Position numbers and translations under genes: made by a program. Below the pieces are notes generated by a model, which was not told where the DNA came from, made no database searches, and worked only from the letters and a program-made list of their open reading frames with translations. Below, piece by piece: positions 57,944 to 64,000 of a DNA stretch of 64,000 bases. The stretch spans positions 512,001 to 576,000 of the forward strand of contig CAWGMA010000004.1 in assembly GCA_963823555.1 (NCBI GenBank), given 5' to 3'. How positions within the stretch are numbered: position 1 is the stretch's first letter; the number at the start of each line of letters is the position of its first letter. This stretch comes from Candidatus Eiseniibacteriota bacterium. GTDB lineage: Bacteria; Eisenbacteria; RBG-16-71-46; CAVPCR01.

Positions 57944-60900
57944 ATGATCACATTGGCGAAGCGTTCGATGGTCACCGTCGATGGGAACGAGGCCGTGGCC
58001 TCGGTGGCCCATCGGCTGAGCGAGACCATCGCCATCTATCCCATCACTCCATCCTCGCCCATGGGCGAGCTGTCGGATGAATGGTCGGTGCAGGGCAAGA
58101 CCAACATCTGGGGAGTGGTGCCAGAAGTCATCGAGATGCAGTCGGAAGGAGGCGCTGCGGGCGCCGTCCACGGAGCGCTGCAGGCCGGCGCTCTGTCGAC
58201 GACCTTCACCTCGTCTCAGGGGCTGCTGCTCATGATCCCCAACATGTACAAGATCGCCGGGGAGCTCACCGCGTTCTGCATGCATGTCGCCGCCCGCACC
58301 GTGGCCACGCACGCGCTCTCCATCTTCGGCGACCACTCCGATGTCATGGCCTGCCGGCAGATCGGCTTCGCCATGCTCGCCGGCGGCTCGGTGCAGGAGG
58401 CTCATGACATGGCGGCGATCGGTCATGCCGCCACCCTCCGCGCACGGGTGCCGTTCCTCAACTTCTTCGATGGCTTCCGCACCTCCCATGAGGTCTCGAA
58501 GATCGAGGAGCTGAGCGATGACGACCTGCGGGCCTTGATCGACGAGGAGCTCGTCAAGGCGCACCGCATGCGCGCGCTCACGCCGGACCGTCCAGTGCTC
58601 CGGGGCACGGCGCAGAACCCGGATGCCTTCTTTCAGGCCCGGGAAGCGGGGAACGGTTACTACGATGCTTGCCCCCTCGTGGTCAAGGAGGCGATGGAGC
58701 GGTTCGCGGATCGGACCGGGCGCCGTTACCGGCTCTTCGACTACGTGGGACATCCCGAGGCCGAGCGCATCGTGGTGCTCATGGGATCGGGCGCCGAGAC
58801 CGCCCACGAGACGGTCGAGGCGATGGCGTCGCGGGGCGAGAAGGTCGGCGCGATCAAGGTCCGGCTCTATCGCCCGTTCTCGGTCCCGGACTTCATGGCC
58901 GTGATCCCGCCCACGGTCCAGTCGATCGCCGTTCTCGACCGCACCAAGGAGCCGGGCGCCATCGGGGAGCCGCTCTATCTCGATGTCATCGCCGCCCTCC
59001 GCGAGGCCCGGACCGCCGGGATCTCGCCGCTGGCCTCCGACCCGGTGATCGTGGGGGGACGCTACGGACTCTCCTCCAAGGAGTTCAACCCGGCGATGGT
59101 CAAGGCGGTCCTCGACCACCTGAAGGCGGAGAAGCCGAAGAACCACTTCACGATCGGCATCGTCGACGACGTCACGCACACCTCGCTCGACTGGGACCGC
59201 GATTTCGAGCTCACCTTCGAGGGGCGCGTGCAGGCGGTGTTCTTCGGTCTCGGCGCCGACGGCACGGTCGGGGCCAACAAGAACTCGATCAAGATCATCG
59301 GCGAGGAGACGCGGAACTACGCACAGGGCTACTTCGTCTACGATTCGAAGAAGTCCGGAGCCATCACCATTTCCCATCTCCGCTTCGGTCCGGAACCGAT
59401 CCACTCCACCTATCTCGTCAAGAGCGCGGGCTTCGTTGCCTGCCACCAGTGGGTGTTCCTCGAGACGTTCGCCATGCTCGAGTACGCGAAGCCCGGTGCG
59501 GTGTTCCTGCTCAATTCCCCCTTCCCGCCGGAGAAAGTGTGGGATGAGCTGCCGCGGGAGGTGCAGGAGGAGATGATCGAGAAGAAGATCAAGCTCTACG
59601 TGATCGATGCCTACGAGGTGGCGAAGGACACCGGCATGGGCGGCCGCATCAACTCGATCATGCAGACCTGCTTCTTCGCCATCTCGGGCGTGCTCCCGCG
59701 CGAGGAGGCCATCGCCAAGATCAAGGAGGCGATCGAGAAGACCTACGGCAAGAAGGGGGCGGAGATCGTCCGGCGGAACTTCGCCGCCGTCGACGAGACG
59801 CTCGCGCATCTCCATGAGGTCGAGGTGCCGGAGCGCGTGACGGCGACCCGGATGCGGCCGCCGGTGGTGGCCGACGAGGCCCCCGATTTCGTGAAGCGCG
59901 TGACGGCGGTCATGGTGGCCAACCACGGCGACCTGCTGCCGGTGAGCGCGTTCCCCATCGACGGCACCTGGCCCACCGGCACCGCCAGGTGGGAGAAGCG
60001 CAACATCGCTCTCGAGATCCCGGTATGGGATCCGGCGATCTGCATCCAGTGCAACAAGTGCGCGCTGGTCTGCCCGCATGCGGCGATCCGGGCCAAGATC
60101 TACGAGCCGGCGGTGCTGGGCGGGGCGCCCGCCACCTTCAAATCGATCGATTTCAAGTCTCCCGAGATCAAGGGGCATCGTTACACCATCCAGGTGGCGC
60201 CCGAGGACTGCACGGGCTGCACCTTGTGCGTGATGATCTGCCCGGCCAAGGACAAGTCGAATCCGAAGCACAAGGCGATCGACATGCACCCGCAGCCGCC
60301 GCTGCGCGAGAAGGAGCGCGCGAACTACGCCTACTTCCTCGATATCCCGGAGTTCGACCGCACTGCGCTCAAGCTCGATCTCAAGGGCTCGCAGTTCCTC
60401 GAGCCGCTCTTCGAGTACTCGGGAGCCTGCTCCGGCTGCGGCGAGACCCCGTATGTCAAGCTCCTGACCCAGCTGTTCGGCGACCGCGCTCTCATCGGCA
60501 ACGCCACCGGATGTTCATCGATCTACGGCGGCAACTTGCCGACGACTCCTTACACGACCAATCGCGAGGGCAGGGGCCCGGCGTGGTCGAACTCGCTGTT
60601 CGAGGACAACGCCGAGTTCGGTCTCGGCTTGCGGCTTGGCGTCGACCATCATGCCGAGCACGCGCGGCACCTGCTCGTGAACCTGGCCTCCGAGCTGGGT
60701 GCCGAGCTCGTCCGCGGGCTCCTCGAGGCCGACCAGTCGAGCGAGAAGGGGCTCAAGGAGCAGCGTGAGCGGGTGGCGCTCCTCAAGGAGCGCCTGAAGG
60801 GCCTGCGCTCTGCCGAGGCGCGGCGACTCGAGGAGCTGGCCGACTACCTGGTCAAGAAGAGCGTGTGGATCATGGGCGGTGACGGCTGGGCCTATGACAT

Positions 60901-61555
60901 CGGTTTCGGCGGTCTGGATCACGTGCTCTCGATGCATCACGACATCAATGTGCTCGTCCTCGACACCGAGGTCTACTCGAACACCGGCGGCCAGCAGTCG
61001 AAGGCCACGCCGCTCGGCGCCGCCGCCAAGTTCGCCATGGCCGGCAAGCAGATCCCGAAGAAGGATCTCGGCATGATGGCGATGGGATACGGCCACGTCT
61101 ATGTGGCCCGGGTCGCCTTCGGCGCCAAGGACGTGCAGACCGTACGCGCTTTCCAGGAGGCCGAGTCCTATCCGGGACCTTCGCTCATCATCGCCTACTC
61201 GCACTGCATTGCACACGGCTACGACATGGCCTACGGGTGCCAGCAGCAGGGGCTCGCCGTGGATGCCGGCGTGTGGCCGCTCTATCGCTTCGATCCGCGG
61301 CGGGTCAAGGCCGGCGAGCCGCCGCTCAAGCTCGACTCGGGAGCGCCCAAGATCCCGGTCAAGCAGTACATGCAGAACGAGACCCGCTTCCGGATGACCG
61401 AGAAGCTGGATCCGGAGCGCTACAAGCTGCTGCTCAGGTGGGCCCAGAAGGCGACCGAGCAGCGATTCGCCGTCTACGAGCAGCTGGCCAAGGTGATCGT
61501 GCCCCAGACCGGCGCCATCCCGGAGGGCGAACCTCCGGCCGACGCGGAGAGCTAG
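57944..61555 (+). CDS. nifJ: Pyruvate:ferredoxin (flavodoxin) oxidoreductase
   Basis: YPITPS, MQSEGGA, two CxxCxxCxxxCP motifs, GACSGCGE, GGDGWAYDIG and YSNTGGQ. Confidence 0.96.
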   Translation: MITLAKRSMVTVDGNEAVASVAHRLSETIAIYPITPSSPMGELSDEWSVQGKTNIWGVVPEVIEMQSEGGAAGAVHGALQAGALSTTFTSSQGLLLMIPNMYKIAGELTAFCMHVAARTVATHALSIFGDHSDVMACRQIGFAMLAGGSVQEAHDMAAIGHAATLRARVPFLNFFDGFRTSHEVSKIEELSDDDLRALIDEELVKAHRMRALTPDRPVLRGTAQNPDAFFQAREAGNGYYDACPLVVKEAMERFADRTGRRYRLFDYVGHPEAERIVVLMGSGAETAHETVEAMASRGEKVGAIKVRLYRPFSVPDFMAVIPPTVQSIAVLDRTKEPGAIGEPLYLDVIAALREARTAGISPLASDPVIVGGRYGLSSKEFNPAMVKAVLDHLKAEKPKNHFTIGIVDDVTHTSLDWDRDFELTFEGRVQAVFFGLGADGTVGANKNSIKIIGEETRNYAQGYFVYDSKKSGAITISHLRFGPEPIHSTYLVKSAGFVACHQWVFLETFAMLEYAKPGAVFLLNSPFPPEKVWDELPREVQEEMIEKKIKLYVIDAYEVAKDTGMGGRINSIMQTCFFAISGVLPREEAIAKIKEAIEKTYGKKGAEIVRRNFAAVDETLAHLHEVEVPERVTATRMRPPVVADEAPDFVKRVTAVMVANHGDLLPVSAFPIDGTWPTGTARWEKRNIALEIPVWDPAICIQCNKCALVCPHAAIRAKIYEPAVLGGAPATFKSIDFKSPEIKGHRYTIQVAPEDCTGCTLCVMICPAKDKSNPKHKAIDMHPQPPLREKERANYAYFLDIPEFDRTALKLDLKGSQFLEPLFEYSGACSGCGETPYVKLLTQLFGDRALIGNATGCSSIYGGNLPTTPYTTNREGRGPAWSNSLFEDNAEFGLGLRLGVDHHAEHARHLLVNLASELGAELVRGLLEADQSSEKGLKEQRERVALLKERLKGLRSAEARRLEELADYLVKKSVWIMGGDGWAYDIGFGGLDHVLSMHHDINVLVLDTEVYSNTGGQQSKATPLGAAAKFAMAGKQIPKKDLGMMAMGYGHVYVARVAFGAKDVQTVRAFQEAESYPGPSLIIAYSHCIAHGYDMAYGCQQQGLAVDAGVWPLYRFDPRRVKAGEPPLKLDSGAPKIPVKQYMQNETRFRMTEKLDPERYKLLLRWAQKATEQRFAVYEQLAKVIVPQTGAIPEGEPPADAES

Positions 61556-61563
61556 GAGCAAGT

Positions 61564-62559
61564 ATGGACCTCTCGACCCATTACCTCGGCTTCGCGCTCG
61601 CGAATCCGTTCATGCCGGGAGCCTCGCCTCTCGTTGACGACCTCGACACCGTGAAGCGTCTCGAGGACGCTGGCGCCGCCGCCATCGTCATGCACTCGCT
61701 CTTCGAGGAGCAGATCGTGCTCGAGCAGGTGTCCACGTTCAAGAGCACCGAAGGTCACAGCGGCACCTTTGCCGAGGCGCAATCCTTTCTCCCGGATCCG
61801 GACTGGTTCCAACTGGGCCCGGAGGAGTACCTGGATCATCTCCGGCGAGTGAAGGCGGCGGTCTCGGTGCCGGTGATCGCTTCCCTCAATGGCAACACGC
61901 TCGGGGGCTGGCTCGATCACGCTCGCCTGATGGCGGAGGCGGGAGCGGACGCCATCGAGCTCAACCTCTACTCGCTCGCCGCCGACCCCAAGCAGTCGGG
62001 CCAGATGATCGAGGATCGCGCCGTGGAGGTGGTGCGTGCGGTGAAGGGGGCGGTGGCGGTGCCGGTGGCGCTGAAGCTGTCGCCCTTCTACACGTCGCTC
62101 TCGCACACGGCGCGGCGCCTCATCGACGCCGGCGCCGACGGACTCGTGCTCTTCAACCGCTTCTACCAGCCGGACATCGACGTGGACCAGCTCGAGGTGC
62201 TGCGCTCGCTCCATCTCTCGAACTCGAGCGAGCTGCCGCTGCGCTTGAACTGGCTCGCCATCCTCTCGAGTCAGGTCGATACCTCCTATGCCGTGACCGG
62301 GGGGGTGCACACAGCGATCGATGCGGTGAAGTCGGTGATGGCGGGAGCCGATGCGGTGCAGATGGTCTCGGCCCTCCTGCAGCGCGGCCCAGGCTACCTG
62401 GCGACGATCCAGAAGGAGATGGTTACCTGGATGGAGGAGCACGAGTACCACTCCCTCAAGCAGATGCGGCGGAGCATGAACCTGGCGAGCGTGCCCGATC
62501 CGTCGGCCTTCGAGCGCGCCAACTACATGAAGATCCTCCAGTCCTGGCGGGACATGTAG
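61564..62559 (+). CDS. Dihydroorotate dehydrogenase-like flavoprotein (PFOR-associated)
   Basis: AGGAG RBS; SLFEEQI, IASLNG, ELN, KLSP, FNRFYQPDID and TGGVH. Confidence 0.9.
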   Translation: MDLSTHYLGFALANPFMPGASPLVDDLDTVKRLEDAGAAAIVMHSLFEEQIVLEQVSTFKSTEGHSGTFAEAQSFLPDPDWFQLGPEEYLDHLRRVKAAVSVPVIASLNGNTLGGWLDHARLMAEAGADAIELNLYSLAADPKQSGQMIEDRAVEVVRAVKGAVAVPVALKLSPFYTSLSHTARRLIDAGADGLVLFNRFYQPDIDVDQLEVLRSLHLSNSSELPLRLNWLAILSSQVDTSYAVTGGVHTAIDAVKSVMAGADAVQMVSALLQRGPGYLATIQKEMVTWMEEHEYHSLKQMRRSMNLASVPDPSAFERANYMKILQSWRDM

Positions 62560-62561
62560 GG

Positions 62562-64000
62562 ATGCACTCGGTCCGGCATCTCCCCGGCGAGCTGGCCCCG
62601 CAGGTGGCGGCGGCGCTCGACGCCGGGGAGGTGAACGACATCGGGCGCCGGGTCTGGGCGCGCGATGCCGCCCTGTGGACGGGACGCGACGAGGGCCGCT
62701 GGCTCGGCTGGCTCGACATCGTCGATCACGAGCTGGCGGCGGTCGGCCGGCTCGCCGAGCTCGGCGCCGAGGTCCGGCGGGAAGGATTCCAGGACGCGCT
62801 CCTTCTCGGCATGGGGGGCTCGAGCCTGGGGCCCGATGTGCTGGCCGAGACTCTCGGCGGGGAAGCGGATCATCCTCGCCTCCATGTCCTCGACTCGACC
62901 GATCCCGCTCAGGTGCGCGCCTTCGAGTCGCGCGCCGACCCCGAGCACGCGCTCTACATCGTCGCCAGCAAGTCGGGGACGACGCTCGAGCCCACCCTGT
63001 TTCTCGAGTACTTCCATGCGCGCGCCGTGGAGCAGCTGGGTGAGGACGAGGCCGGGCGGCATTTCATCGCCATCACCGATCCCGGATCCAAGCTCGAGGC
63101 CGAGGCGCGCGCGCTCGACTTCCGCCACGTGCTCCACGGCGTGCCCTCGATCGGGGGGCGTTACTCGGTGCTCTCCCCGTTCGGGATGGTGCCCGCGGCG
63201 ATCATGGGTATCGACCTCCAGCGCTTCCTCGAGCGGACGCAGACCATGGTCCTCGAGTGTGGACCCCAGGTGCCGGTGGAACGGAATCCCGGCGTGGCCC
63301 TCGGCATCACGCTCGGCGTGCTCGCAGCGAACGGGCGCGACAAGGTCACCTTCATCGCTTCGCCCGGCATTCTGAGCCTCGGCGCCTGGCTCGAGCAGCT
63401 TCTCGCCGAGTCCACGGGCAAGGAAGGGAAGGGGCTGATTCCCGTGGATCGCGAGCCTCTGGCCGCGCCCCCGGCTTACGGCGAGGATCGGGTGTTCGTG
63501 TATCTCCGGCATGCGTCGACCGCCGATCGGGCCACCGACGCCGCCGTTCAGGCCCTGGCCGCCGCCGGTCAGGCCGTGATCGAGATCACGATCGAGAACA
63601 ACCTCGACATCGGCCGCGAGTTCTTCCGCTGGGAGATGGCGACAGCGGCCGCGGGCGCGGTGCTCCGGATCAATCCCTTCGACCAGCCCGATGTCGAGGC
63701 GAGCAAGGTCGCCACGCGTGCTCTCACCGCGGAGGCGGAGCAGACGGGATCGCTTCCCGCCGAGGAACCGTTCCTGGTCGAGGGTGGGATCGCGCTCTTT
63801 GCCGATCCACGGAACGCCGGGGAGATCGAGCGCGTCGCCCCCGACCGTTCCCTCGCCGGGTTCCTGCGTGCCCACTTCGATCGACTCGGAGCCGGGGACT
63901 ACGCCGCGTTCCTCGCCTATCTCGAGATGAGCGTGGCGCATGAGACGGAGCTCACCGCGATGCGCACGCTGGTGCGCGATGCGAAGCGCGTGGCCACCTG
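62562..64000 (+). CDS. pgi: Glucose-6-phosphate isomerase (Tal-Pgi-type PGI domain), partial
   Basis: Read manually because it runs off the window: WLGWL, GMGGSSLG, SKSGTTLE, GGRYSVLS, EQLLAESTGKEGKG and NPFDQPDVEASK. Confidence 0.88.
   Translation, partial: MHSVRHLPGELAPQVAAALDAGEVNDIGRRVWARDAALWTGRDEGRWLGWLDIVDHELAAVGRLAELGAEVRREGFQDALLLGMGGSSLGPDVLAETLGGEADHPRLHVLDSTDPAQVRAFESRADPEHALYIVASKSGTTLEPTLFLEYFHARAVEQLGEDEAGRHFIAITDPGSKLEAEARALDFRHVLHGVPSIGGRYSVLSPFGMVPAAIMGIDLQRFLERTQTMVLECGPQVPVERNPGVALGITLGVLAANGRDKVTFIASPGILSLGAWLEQLLAESTGKEGKGLIPVDREPLAAPPAYGEDRVFVYLRHASTADRATDAAVQALAAAGQAVIEITIENNLDIGREFFRWEMATAAAGAVLRINPFDQPDVEASKVATRALTAEAEQTGSLPAEEPFLVEGGIALFADPRNAGEIERVAPDRSLAGFLRAHFDRLGAGDYAAFLAYLEMSVAHETELTAMRTLVRDAKRVAT

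Noticed and set aside
57632..60289. 885-aa minus-strand ORF (and similar ones at 31638-33584, 48149-50002, 8099-9769, 37316-39547)
   Set aside because: Stop-poor antisense frames of real genes with no recognisable domains.
1..64000. CRISPR arrays, tRNA/rRNA, transposases, integrases, prophage genes
   Set aside because: No regularly spaced repeats, cloverleaf/T-loop signatures or recombinase motifs were seen by eye. A tRNAscan/Infernal run would be needed to fully exclude small RNAs.

Overview
This is a GC-rich bacterial chromosomal window, densely coding, with about 55 genes. A C-terminal secretion-sorting domain on an M28 peptidase, plus futalosine-pathway MqnC, suggests an FCB-group or Eisenbacteria-like organism (inference). 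Most genes are housekeeping or stress functions: fused 2-oxoacid dehydrogenase E1, MqnC, PFOR, PGI, PPK2, Fe-SOD, Ada, Atl, tricorn/S9/M28 peptidases, a two-component system and glycosyltransferases. Two multi-gene systems stand out. (1) At 28.5-34.1 kb is an atypical chaperone-usher-like pilus locus: three cysteine-free DUF4402-type pilin paralogs, a PapD-like chaperone, an usher-like protein, and a convergent 101-aa mini-pilin that keeps only the donor-strand and C-terminal motifs. (2) At 16.9-22.8 kb is a four-gene operon: a PLP enzyme, a DUF1611/DgcN-like protein, a PP-loop (MurL/QueC-like) domain fused to a creatininase-family amidohydrolase, and an enolase-family dipeptide epimerase. It looks like an uncharacterised D-amino-acid or peptide-modification pathway. 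Also present are a tiny zinc-finger protein with a very acidic tail, deletion-scarred gene remnants at 37.4-39.0 kb, two short-repeat frameshifts, and several apparently leaderless genes. I recognised no rRNA, tRNA, CRISPR array or intact mobile element. All family calls come from motif recognition by eye, not database searches.
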